A stretch of 64,000 nt of DNA, taken from assembly GCA_051047955.1 (NCBI GenBank), contig JBPGPT010000004.1, positions 372,001-436,000 on the forward strand, written 5' to 3'. This document shows positions 42,413 to 53,854 of this stretch, piece by piece; within the stretch, counting starts at the first letter, position 1; every line of letters begins with the position of its first letter. This DNA comes from Cystobasidiomycetes sp. EMM_F5. Its lineage: Eukaryota. The translations under genes and the position numbers were made by a program. Under the pieces are notes generated by a model. That model searched no databases. It saw only the letters and a list, made by a program, of their open reading frames with translations, and was not told the DNA's origin.

Positions 42413-43456
42413 CTATCTTGGAGCTGGCGTCGGGCTTCCCCGTGACTGTCTGTTTGGAGGACCCAGCCAAGGCCAGTAGCTAGGCCAGCCATCCAAAGCT
42501 TTTATGAATGACATGCGGTCGAGTATTGAGGGCTCGCCTAGCCATGCACTTACTTGCCGTACGACTTCAACGGCATTTGCCATGTCTTTGCGGAGTACGC
42601 CAACGTTCTTTGCTCCGTAGAAATGACCTTTGGCTTGTGCTGGACAGTCCAGAGAAGCACTGCATTGGCGATTCGTGAAGAGTCAGCAACAAAGACAAAG
42701 CAGGCGTAGTGAGAGTGCGTACCAGCCCACAAATTCGATTAGCACAGTCTCCTTCCACGTCAATACTTCGGTTCGTGCCAAATTCGCCCCGTAAAGGTCG
42801 TCCACTATCATTTCTGCAAGATCTGGGCTCATTGCATTGATGCGTGTAAAAATGGGCTCCGCATGTCGTTCGTATATGGCTTTGAAGAATCTCCAGCCCA
42901 CGACAGAGTCTTGCTCGGTCGTCGTCTTGTTGGGTTTCGTGCTGACCATGGGGATCTTGTGCAGTATCTTCCAACCTTGTGGATGCGCAAGGACAGCCGT
43001 CTGTAGACTCGCCGACGCATTGATTATCCTTGGCACGCCAAATAACGGGACTCCTTTGAACAGAGCTGTTCGCAATCGTAGTACAAGTTTCGCGAGGGCT
43101 TCTGGCGTTCTATCTTGGTATGGCGACTTTGTTGCGAAGTATTCGAATATCGCAGCGTAGTCTTCGGGAGAGTTGTTTGCTATGAGCGCAACAGCTACCA
43201 GCAGGGGTAGCATGGATTCGCCTTCTGGCCCTAACCCATCTTCCAGCGAGGAAAGGGAATCTGACGCAGCTTTTCCGTTGGGGGAGGCAATTGACGAGGT
43301 TGAAGCATTGGCTTTAGGTGGAGACGTAGATATGGAAGAAGTGCTGGAACTTGGCACGGCGCTGGTTGATGTTTTGACGTTGTCGCGGTTTCCATAGTAG
43401 ACCTGCTCGAGGCGCGCAAGAACGTTTCCCAGTGGTTCTTCTGGCCTGGACGGCAT
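42413..43456 (-). CDS. AhpD/carboxymuconolactone-decarboxylase-like fold protein
   Basis: LRTALFKGVPLFGVPRIINA, GWRFFKAIY, DLYG, and a post-intron QAKGHFYGAKNVG motif typical of this fungal family. Confidence 0.7.
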
Positions 43457-43699
43457 GCTGGGCAGTATGTGGTATTTACTAATGAGCGCGTCTTTTAATC
43501 AGCTGTCAGTATGCTCGCGAGCTCAGTCGTCGGTCATCTTTCAGGCCTCGGCGGAGTCTCCTTTATTTGCCACCGGCTTCCGCGGACGGAGTTGCCGGTC
43601 TCTCACGCGAACGCGCTGAAGCTGCTGCAAAGCTTGGACATCTCTTTACGAGTTGCAAATACGGCATAGCAAGGACACTGAAGCGCTGGCAAAACCTGG

Positions 43700-45572
43700 A
43701 TGCTGAGGCAGCTCCGGCATATTTCTCCAAGAAGATCCTACTCCGGAATGTCGTCCGCCTTACCGAACCTAGCCTTCTTTCAGAAAGCTCATGCAGCAGC
43801 AAAGAAGAATCCAAGCAAGCCTGCTATCATCGACACGAGGACTGGAAAGTCGCATACCTACGGCGACTTGCTGAATGATGCCCAAAAGTTCCGAAAGAGC
43901 ATCTCGCCGAACGGACAAGACATACAAGAAGCACGCGTCGCCGCTCTGGTGCCCAATGGATGTAAGCCTATTTGCCTACTCCTGTCCTTCAATTGCTGAT
44001 GTTTGACACGTGCGACCTGCTTAAGATTCCTGGGTAGTCGCGCAATGGGCGACATGGGTAAATTTAGAACACTTGCCCATCATTTACAAGCATTGTTGAC
44101 ATTGCTCTATAATATCCAGGCTGCTGGAGGCTTCTACGTCCCAATCCTACACACTCACCCGGTAGCGGAGATGACATACATTGTCGAAAACTCGCAATCG
44201 GACAAGCTCATTGTGCACAAGACTTTGGAAGACAAGGGCAGGCAGTTGGCAGAGCAAACGGGGTACGTAGAGTTCACTGCTCGCTATACATTTCGCTGAC
44301 TGTTCTCTATGGCAGCGTGAAGGATGTGATTATTATTGACGAAGATTTCGAGACATCTGCTGGAAAGCATGAGCTTCCTGAAGTCAGCAGCGAGCCTTTC
44401 GACGCAGAAAGATCCGCTTTCATGCTGTATACCAGCGGTACAACGTGAGTGCCATTTGTCACTGCTCATTCACGAATCCAGCTGAAAATCTCGTCTACAA
44501 TGCCAGCGGCAAGCCGAAAGGTGTACAAATGTCACACAAATCCCTCGCAGCACAAGCGCAAAGCATGACCGAATGCTGGCACTGGACCGAGAACGACAAG
44601 ATTCTACATGTTTTGCCACTTCACCATATTCACGGCGTTTCGAATGTTCTCTTGACAGCGCTGTACAATGGCGCCACTGTTGAATTCATGCCTAAATTCG
44701 ATGCTCCCGGTATTTGGAAACGATGGATGGCACCCGAACGGGATTTGACACTCTTCATGGCCGTTCCCACTATTTATTCCCGTCTCATCGAAATTTGGTC
44801 GGCGATGTCTGAAGACGAACAAAAGAAAGCAACAGAGTCGTGTAGACAGTTCCGTCTAATGGTATCTGGGTCCGCCGCACTACCCTCGCCGTTGAAAGAA
44901 AAGTGGAGAAGCGTCTCCGGTGGACAGGTTCTTCTGGAACGATATGGCATGACAGAGACGGGCATGATCATCTCATGCGGAATGCCTGAGCATCACAGAG
45001 TCGACGGTCACGTTGGCCTGCCTATGCTCGGTCAAAACGTGCGGTTGTGGGACGAAGAGCAGAACAGGGACGTTACCGACGAGCTGGAGACACCCGGTGA
45101 GATCCAAATACGTGGAGACCTTGTCTTCAAAGGCTACTGGCAACTTCCTGAAGTCACCAAGAAAGAGTTCACCTCAGATGGCTGGTTCAAATCTGGAGAC
45201 ATCGGAATACGCACCAAAGAGACGGGATTCTTCAGAATACAAGGCCGGAACAGCACTGACGTTCTAAAATCGGGGGGAGAAAAGATATCTGCGCTTGAGG
45301 TGGAGCGAGAACTGCTTTCTTTGCCGAATATCAAAGATGCGGCAGTGGTAGGCGTGCCCGATGCCCGGTGGGGTCAGCTGGTCGCATGTGTGCTGGTACT
45401 TCGCGATCCACAGCAGCAGATGGATATCAAACAGCTACGAGAGGCTTTGCGCAGCCGCCTGGCGAATTACAAAATCCCTCAAGCACTTAAAATTTACGAA
45501 AATGAGCTGCCTCGATCAGCGATGGGCAAGGTGAATAAGAAGGAGCTCGTCAAAGTCGCCTTTCCATCATGA
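43700..45572 (+). CDS. AMP-forming acyl-CoA synthetase, ACSF3/malonyl-CoA synthetase-like
   Basis: YTSGTTGKPKG (split by an intron), LPLHHIHG, LERYGMTE, GWFKSGD, KSGGEKISALEVE, PRSAMGKVNKK; Arg-rich presequence. Confidence 0.9.
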
Positions 45573-45676
45573 TGTCGGATGTCGGATTACGTGCCTTCCA
45601 AACCCCCTTGTATTATCAAAGACGTTTTGCATTACGGAAGCAAATACTGTTGTTACAACAAGCACAACGCCCTTAG

Positions 45677-47785
45677 TCATAACCATTCTACTGTCGCCGG
45701 TGGTTTGGTAGTAATGTCCATGGTGACACGGTTGACACCGGGTACTTCGTTTGTGATGCGGTTTGAGATCTGGCGGAGAACGCTATGAGGGAAGTCATAC
45801 CAATCGGCTGCGATTACAGGATTAGCGTTAGTACAAGGCCAGGCGGAGCTGCAAGCGTACCAGTCATGAAATCTGTCGTTGTTACTGCCCGTAAAGCAAT
45901 GACTTGTTCATATGTCCTGCAAAGAAGTAGTGGTCAATAAAAATGCAAGGTAGGCGAGGATGCACCGTACCTCGCATCGCCCATAACACCGACAGCCTTG
46001 ACAGGTAATAAGACGCAGAAAGCTTGCGCGATCTCGTCATAAATGCCAGCTTTCCGGATCTCTTCAATGTAAATCGTGTCTGCCCGCTGTAACAGCTCGA
46101 CCTGAGAGCGAGTGACCGGCCCAAGTATACGAATAGCTAAGCCTGGGCCGGGGAAGGGATGTCGCTGCACGAGGTGATTTGGTATATGTAGTAGTCTGCC
46201 GAGCTCTCGGACCTCGTCTTCAGCGAGCGAACACCAAGCCGTCAGCATATTCGAACGTACGTAGACTGATTCATCCACATACCCTTGAATAGTTCTCGCA
46301 ACGGCTCGATTAGCTTCAGCTTCATGTCCTTCAGCAGACCACCAACGTTATGATGCGTCTTGATGGTGGCGGAAGGGCCCTTGAAACTAATTGATTCAAT
46401 AACATCCGGATATAATGTTCCTTGTAAGAGCCATTCAATCTTGCCCTTCGCCTCCGAAGTCTGCCCGGCAGCTTTTGCGGCTTCGAAGTCCTTTTCCGCC
46501 TCGGCTTCCAATTCAGCAGCCTTCTTCTCGAAAACATTGATAAAGGTGTTTCCGATAATCTTGCGCTTCTGTTCGGGATCTTCGACATCCTTGAGCCGCT
46601 CCAAGAACAGATCAGATGCGTCGACGACCGTCAGGTTCACCCCGAGATCCTCATTGAGCATCTTGTGAACCTGGACAGCCTCGTTCTGTCTGAGTACGCC
46701 GTTGTCTACCATGATAGCATGGAAGCGGTCTCCAATAGCCTCGTGCATAAGCTTGGCCGCAACAGATGAGTCCACACCGCCAGACACTGCACCAATAACG
46801 CGCCCGTGCGTCCCGCAGATCTTGCGGATGCGTGCAATCTCCTTGTCGATAAAAGTCGACATCTTCCAGTCTCGCTTTACTCCGCATATCGCTGTGAAGC
46901 GATCAAATATCTCTTTGCCGCGAGGGGAATGGGTCACTTCGGGGTGGAATTGTATGCCGTAGTACTTCTGAGCATGATGCGCGATAGCAGCAAAAGGTGC
47001 GGATGGTGTGGTAGCGATTTTGACGAATCCTGAAGGCAATTGACGGACAATGTCGGAGTGAGACATCCATACCTGCGATAATCGAATTATCAGGTCACTG
47101 TTTGTGTTTTGCAGCAGAGAGGGCAAAATACCGGTAGCTCGCCCTCGACACCTTCGAAGAGCAAGTCGACATGCTTGCCTACTCGAAAGCCGCCGGCCTT
47201 CGCATCGTCGCTGTGATCGCGCAGTACAGATACAACGGCCTTGCCGTATTCTCGATGATTTGCGCTCTCGACGGCAGAACCAAAGAAATTGCTCATCTCT
47301 TGCAGACCATAACAGATACCAAGTACTGGGACTTTATTGATTTCAGGGTTAAAGATGTCGGGGTCAATTCTAGGTGCATCATCGTCGTAGACAGAGTACG
47401 GCGATCCAGACAGTATGATACCTGCGTAAAGGTAAATCAGCGCGTGTTAACAGCATTACACAGACTATTCGCAAGTACCCGAAGGCTTGAAAGGAACATC
47501 TCTCAATTTTGTTGTGCATGGCAGCATTTCGCCATACACGCCCAACTCTCGCAGGCGCCGGACGATAAGATGGGAGTACTGGGATCCAAAGTCGAGCACC
47601 AGGCTGCATACGCGTGAACATCATATCATGTAACTTGGTCAGTCTCGCTCGCGCTCAAGAAGATATCCGATATCGATCATGCTACGGTCAAGCTGCCCAG
47701 CTCACATCGTGTCGTAGGCGTCTGCAATGTTGGTGACGCCAGGCTCATCTGCGTCGCTGACATGGTTGCTCATTGTCGCCGCCAT
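45677..47785 (-). CDS. GUA1: GMP synthase (glutamine-hydrolysing)
   Basis: [74 protein letters not shown]. Confidence 0.97.
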
Positions 47786-47978
47786 GGCTGGGGGACTTTT
47801 GTTGGTTCCAGAAAGAAAAGGCCGTTGACTCAAATTTCAGATCAACAGACTCGGTCGCGTAAAGTGGACAGAATTTTGCATCTGACGGGCTCAATGCCTG
47901 GCTACAAGGACTGATGCGACTGCTGAGGACTGCTCTGACGTGTCTTCCATCTGATTCTTCCCTCCTCGAACTGCATCT

Positions 47979-49289
47979 TCACCGACTTCCACCATGTCTA
48001 CTTCGCCCTGCGGTCGCTTTGCTCCTCCCGCCCATGGCTAGACCCTCGTCGCCTCTAAAGATCATGCTTCCGGCGCTGTCTCTGCTCTGTTGTATCGCAA
48101 ACTTGTCGACGAGCGTATTGGTCATTTCCAAATTCCGCGTAAGCTGTCCGAGGATGCTGGTGAGCAGTACGTCGTCTGTCTCGCGAGCCATTTCTCCAGC
48201 AAGACCCGCTTCTCTGCCATCGATGATCGCTTCTGGTGAAGAGGCAGAAATGGACGAGACGAGCGATGACACCTGTCGTAGTGTCTCATGATCTGGCGCT
48301 ACTTGGCCTTTACGTACAGCATCCAAGTACTGCAGAATGACACCGATCCGAGTATGCAGCATGTAGATGGCATTGCGTTGTGTACTCAGCCCAGCAATGA
48401 CTTGCAAGCGATGTTGTCAGCAGCGGAACGGTCATCGCTTGTTACTGAGAGTCAGACTCACGGACGCTCTCTGTACTCTCCTGTCCAGCTCGCGACCCAG
48501 ACGCATTCGCTACGGCCTGTCTGCTGGCGCTCTCCACAGCAATGCGCTCGGCTTCTCCAGTCTCGATACGATACCCGCCTTCCTCGCTCGCAATCTTGAC
48601 GAAACGGTGGACGCTTTCGCCGCCGATAATGTCAACGACACTCTCGTAGATCTCGATGGGTAAATTGTGACCGCTTGCAGCGCCTGGGCGGGCATTGTTG
48701 ATGGATGCGGGCGAGAGTTGCAGGAAGAGTGGAGATTCATTATGCAGTAGAAGCTGGGTATGTAATTGTAGATCTAGTGGTGAAGGTTCGCTCCCGACGG
48801 TGTACCATCCGACTGTGCAATGTCAGCGTTAGTATTAGCGAGTGACATGATGACGCGCATCCCAATTCATTTACGAAATTCAAAGGTCGGAAAGACCTGC
48901 TTGACTGGACGATACGGCGTCAATAAGGATTCAAACATTCACAACCACAACGTCGCTCACACTGCCCTTGCCTGTCCTGGAAGAACTGCTGGTTGACCTC
49001 TCTGCCGTCTGAAGACAATGCCAGCTCAAATGAGTTTGTGATTTCGACTTCGCGGCCTTGCTGGACGCCAATCAGTGCACCGATGACTGCAGAATATGGG
49101 CAGTCAGCCTGGCTGGTCCCCATCAACATGCTCATGCTGACCCTTGACGTCTGGGTCACCACCACTGCGTATGCGGACTCGGGTGTAGTGCTCGCTGATG
49201 TTTAGCAGCGGCAGCGGGTGCAGCGACACCTGGACGCTGCCTTCGCCCAGCGCTGAGCTCCCAGCGACGACGACGGCGTCTTCAGACAT
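47979..49289 (-). CDS. CSN6: COP9 signalosome subunit 6 (MPN domain)
   Basis: VSLHPLPLLNISEHYTR, GALIGVQQGREVEITNSFEL, VGWYT, IETGEAERIAV, QRNAIYMLHTRI. Confidence 0.88.
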
Positions 49290-49363
49290 GGTGGTGAGGC
49301 GTAAAGGACCGTCTGTATGACGGTGAAGTGGACAACAACAGGCACTGCAATGACGGAAAGCTT

Positions 49364-52122
49364 CTAACTACTTTTAACCTCCTTCAACTCTGCATTCAGC
49401 CTCTCCCAAGTCTCTTCTTCCTCAAACGACGACTTTGTTCGTCCCAAAAAACTGCGCAAGATGCTCTTGGCTTGACTCCGCCAGTCATCCATAATCAATC
49501 CTCCGTCCCCTTGGGGCGCATCCTTCCCTCCCAGATTCCGCAACGCATCTACAGTCTCTTGCACGCGAGTCGCTATCCGCTCAAAGGCCGCTTTGGAGAT
49601 GGTAAAGTCGTCATTCTGACCTATGTCCACTCGATAGGCTTTCAGATGAGCTTCGAGAGCTGCTCTCGTATCACCTTGCGCCAAAAGAAAGCGAGCATAC
49701 GACTCGTAAATACGTGATGAATTGCTGATTCGCTTGAGTATGACATTCTCGAACAGATTGCGCACTTGCCCTGCGAGTCCGCGCGTAAAGCCAGCTGAAT
49801 GATGGCAAAGTCAGCCAAAGAAGAAGCACAACTCTGCAGCTCATATTTACCCTTATCTCCATTACTGGTCGTATCCTTCCCGGCTTGATGACGTACCACA
49901 ATGCCCACCAAGCGGTCCAAAACTTCGAGATCAACTGCTGCCTCGCCATCCTTGTCGGCACGCAGCTCGACAAGGCGCGTCATTGCACGACAAGCCTCCA
50001 TCATCTCACCCACATCCATGCTGACGTATAGATAGTTTACCCATATTCTCCAGCTGTCGTATGAATGCTTGATTGCTTGCCCGAGACACGTATACGCCGT
50101 ACGTTTCTTGCTGTAGAGCAAGTCTCGCTCTTCTTGCGAGTCTTGCGAGGTTGCCAACGTAGATTTGCATTGCTCCAGCACGACGGTAGCAAGGTTGTTC
50201 CAGGCTTCTCCATCCTCGTCATCCAGACTCGTACACCTGCGGAATGCCCGCTCTGCTGCTACCCAGTCCTCGTTCCGCATTGCAGCGCAGCCCATGATGA
50301 ACCAGACTTTGCCAAACAGCGGGTTGATTTGTAATGCCTTGTCGAGACACTCCTGCGCAAGACTCCACTCTCCTTTGCTAAAGTGAACCTGCCCCAACGA
50401 CCGCATAGCCCGTGAGCTAGTACCATTTGAGACTCGCCAAGCTGTCTCATAATGCTCGGTTTCGTGCTGAAGATCTCCCAACAAGCACCACAATTTTGCC
50501 TTTTGTGCTGCAGATAGTTGACGTCCCTTTTTAAGCGACATTGTGGTATTGCTCTCCACTAACTTTCCGTCGAGCAGATCTTTGACCACCTTTACGGCTC
50601 GGTCGTCCTCTCCTAGGCTTGAATAGCATTTCGCCACATCCTCCCACATCTCGAGCCGAGTAAAGATTTCTAGTGCTGATCTGACTACGCCTAGTCCGAG
50701 GAAGCGGGTTGCTAACTCTCTCTCAAGCTCCCATGTCGAAGGCGAGTCTAGGGTATAAAAGTATCGCAGACGCTCGTAAGGTGTAGCGCCCTTCTCTAGG
50801 TCCAGCCCATTTGTATCCTTTGCGCACGACACGCTCTCGAGCTTGAGTTGATCCACTAGACTCTGTATCTGCAATAAGCCACGCTCGACTGTCCGTGTTC
50901 GATTCGCCTCGAGCCTTGATCGTAAGAGGAGAGCCATAGAGTGTACCGACCAGTTCTGCGATCCGTCACTCAAAACTCTTGCTACGAAAGCTGCTATCTG
51001 TTCCGTCGTCAAGCCGTGATTTGGAGACGTATTTGTTATGCTCAACGACAAGGCAAGCAAGATGCACTGATCGAGCGGATGTAGGACTGGCTGATCATTT
51101 GGATCGATAGAGGTGAGGGGGTTCTCATTGCTGGCATTGGTAATGCCACTGGAAGACGTAAAGTGTGGCCGTTCAAGAAGAGTGTCATCGTTCAACAAGA
51201 GCGTCTTGGGTTGATCCGGCTCTTCGGCATTCTGCAAGTCTTGTCCGTCAACGTATTCCGGCTGCAGGCTCATTACTTTTCGCGGGGTCCAGCCGTCCTT
51301 GCGTTCTCTGCTACGTGCTAGCACGACGAGCTGACTCTTTTCATCAATCTGCCACTTTGTCCGCTTACCCATGCGCCCTGTCAATTCATACTGTAGTTGA
51401 GCTAGCTTTGCAGCAGCGTAGAATTGGTCGTTGGAAGATTTTGTAGCGGAAGATGACAGGTGGACGAATTGCGCATGATATAGGCCGATGAGGAGGGTGA
51501 TGACGGTCTGCAAGTCTCGATATTGTGCTAAATTGGGTGACACAGAGTTGGAGTATGCCTGTACTTCCGACAAAAGGTCCGGCTCGATTGGAACTGGCGT
51601 GTCGAGGAGTTTTAGGTTCACGAGAGCACATCTGAAGCGCCAAACCGGTATGCTCTTGAGGATACCGTTGTTCCAGCTGGATGGATCAAAAATCTCTCTT
51701 GCTAGCCATAGGAAGCCCGCGCGTTTTGCGAGATGGTATGCGGGTTCGCCGTGCATAGACAGCTCTTCCACGGCTCTTGCATTCACAGCCTGGCTGTCGA
51801 GTCCCTCCCCGAAGAGCTCGCTGGGATCCAGCTCTACATCTGGACCTGTCCAATTTGTCTGGACAAAAGCCTGCAACGCTGCAATGCCGCACACCAGGCG
51901 GTCCATCTCAGACACATCGTGGTTGTCGAAGCGTACGACGAGGGCGTGCTCAGCGCTAGCAGAGTAGTGGAAGCAGTTGGCATGTTTTCTCAGGATTGCA
52001 GCATATTCAGACTGGACGATGACGGCGTGGACGGCAGGACACTGCGATGGCGACCAGCTCGGGAGCCAGCTGGATAGCAGCAGGGCATGTTCATACGACT
52101 GCGGCATATTATCGATGGCCAT
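49364..52122 (-). CDS. EMW1: TPR-repeat protein Emw1/TTC27
   Basis: LQAFVQTNWTGP, LTGRMGKRTKWQ, DDTLLE, NWSVHSMALLLRSRLE, SALEIFTRLEMWE, TPR repeats (EAWNNLA, SWRIWVNY). Confidence 0.9.
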
Positions 52123-52362
52123 GATGGTTGCTACATGCGCCGGGTGTCGCTGAAGATTCGAGAGCAACTTCGGGGAACGTTCAAAGCTGGCGCAATTTGT
52201 CAACACTGCTAGCGAAGCACATCTCTGTACTAATCGGCATTGCTGTCATGGCGCCATCTCATTCTCGTTCGAGGTTCTATACTGCTTCAATAAGAGCTAC
52301 ATATTCCATCCATTTTTTACTGGAAAATCGTCGTTGACCCAACAACCCTTTCTATACTGATG

Positions 52363-53505
52363 TCAACACTGTGTCTTGGTTGTCTTAGTGTAGGAGCCAG
52401 CTTCTCCCCCTGCCTGCCAGCCGAGCAATCCACCCACAGCGCCCCCTACACATAAGCTTGCGTAACCCGCCCAGGCGACCGGAGCTGCAGGTGTGAGGCT
52501 TGCGAATGCCATGAAAGGAAGAGCTGCAGTGACCGCGCCACACATTGTTTCTACAGGCGACAAGATGCTAGCAAATACTACCGACATGATCTGCTTCTCC
52601 TTCGAGACCGTTTGGACGTAGATGTCGGTCAACCTGCCTGTCTGATGCAAGGCATTGTTGCCATTGAAGCGGAAATCTCCAAGAGTGACCATTGGGAAGC
52701 CGGTACGCCCCTTCTGCCCGACGAGATGGACACTGGTACCGAAGTCGTCGGGAAAGGATGCTGGCTGAACCAGCGTATACGCGTTGTCGGCAGGGAAGAG
52801 TATGCGAATTCGAATCGTCCGGCCGAGCTTCCTAGCTTCGGTCTCCATAGCGATTATGCTGGTCACCATGATTAGCCAGTTGTCGTGAAGGCCGAGATCA
52901 GCGACGTGGGGAAAGTGCCTCTCTGCTAGAGGCCTCTGCCTATCCAGGCGAAGCTGCCGGTAGAGTGCGCCGTGATAATCGTTGCTGTGGTGAAAGACCA
53001 ACAGACAGTCATCTCCGTGGAGCTCGGCCGCTCGGTTGACCATGTCGAGCACCTGGGTCGAGAAGAAGTCGGCTGTCACGCCACAGATATGATTGGACCC
53101 AACCAAAGATATCAAGGACACGGCGCGAAAGAGTGAAGGTGGTGACTCACCGCTTGCATGCTTGAGGTTCGCTTTGGCTTCCTCAGCCTGAGCGGTACGT
53201 TCTAGGGCCTGCTCAATTCTGTCTAATCGTTCCGTCTCTCCGGCGCTGTTCCAGTAGTCGGCCGCTGCGGTACCGGCTTGGATAGCCCCGCCAGTGACGA
53301 GCTGAAAGGTCGTCTTTGTCATGCCACGGAGCAGCTTGGTCGTAGTCTCGAGGGTGAGCTTTGCTTCATCGATAGTCTCGGACGTCTTGTAGATGAAGTG
53401 TCCGAGCGACCCTTTCCCGTCCGAGGAGAGGTCAGTATCCTTGCTCAGGAGGCGTCCTACATTTGCGCACGCCGAGTCGAAGTCTCTTCCTCGTATGAAG
53501 GACAT
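52363..53505 (-). CDS. Hypothetical protein with C-terminal hydrophobic glycine-zipper segment
   Basis: Long open frame from ATG 53505 with a probable in-frame intron near 53073-53150; C-terminal GGAVGGLLG motif. Confidence 0.65.
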   Translation of the reverse strand: MSFIRGRDFDSACANVGRLLSKDTDLSSDGKGSLGHFIYKTSETIDEAKLTLETTTKLLRGMTKTTFQLVTGGAIQAGTAAADYWNSAGETERLDRIEQALERTAQAEEAKANLKHASGESPPSLFRAVSLISLVGSNHICGVTADFFSTQVLDMVNRAAELHGDDCLLVFHHSNDYHGALYRQLRLDRQRPLAERHFPHVADLGLHDNWLIMVTSIIAMETEARKLGRTIRIRILFPADNAYTLVQPASFPDDFGTSVHLVGQKGRTGFPMVTLGDFRFNGNNALHQTGRLTDIYVQTVSKEKQIMSVVFASILSPVETMCGAVTAALPFMAFASLTPAAPVAWAGYASLCVGGAVGGLLGWQAGGEAGSYTKTTKTQC

Positions 53506-53854
53506 GTTGTGCCTTCCGTGGGTGTGCTCGCAGGAAAGCGAACAAGTAATGACTGACTGAAAGCGAGTCACCGTGACCCCCTTGCGGAGACGAGTTGCGC
53601 GTGAATCAGCTGCATAGCCCTCTTCAATAGATCTCCCGTCGGCTTCTTCCGACGCGTAAAGCGGTGTCGACGAATATGCAATCTTGAACAGGATTAATCG
53701 ATAAGGTAGCCTGCAGCTGGTGCACGGCTTGCTCTGCTATCGACGTGCATGAGGCACTGTTGATATTGGTAGTGCCAGTATTTGCATATCAGACTGAAAG
53801 TGCGCTGCCGCGGATTTCCTCGTCACCACCGACTGCTGTACACCACACGCATGC

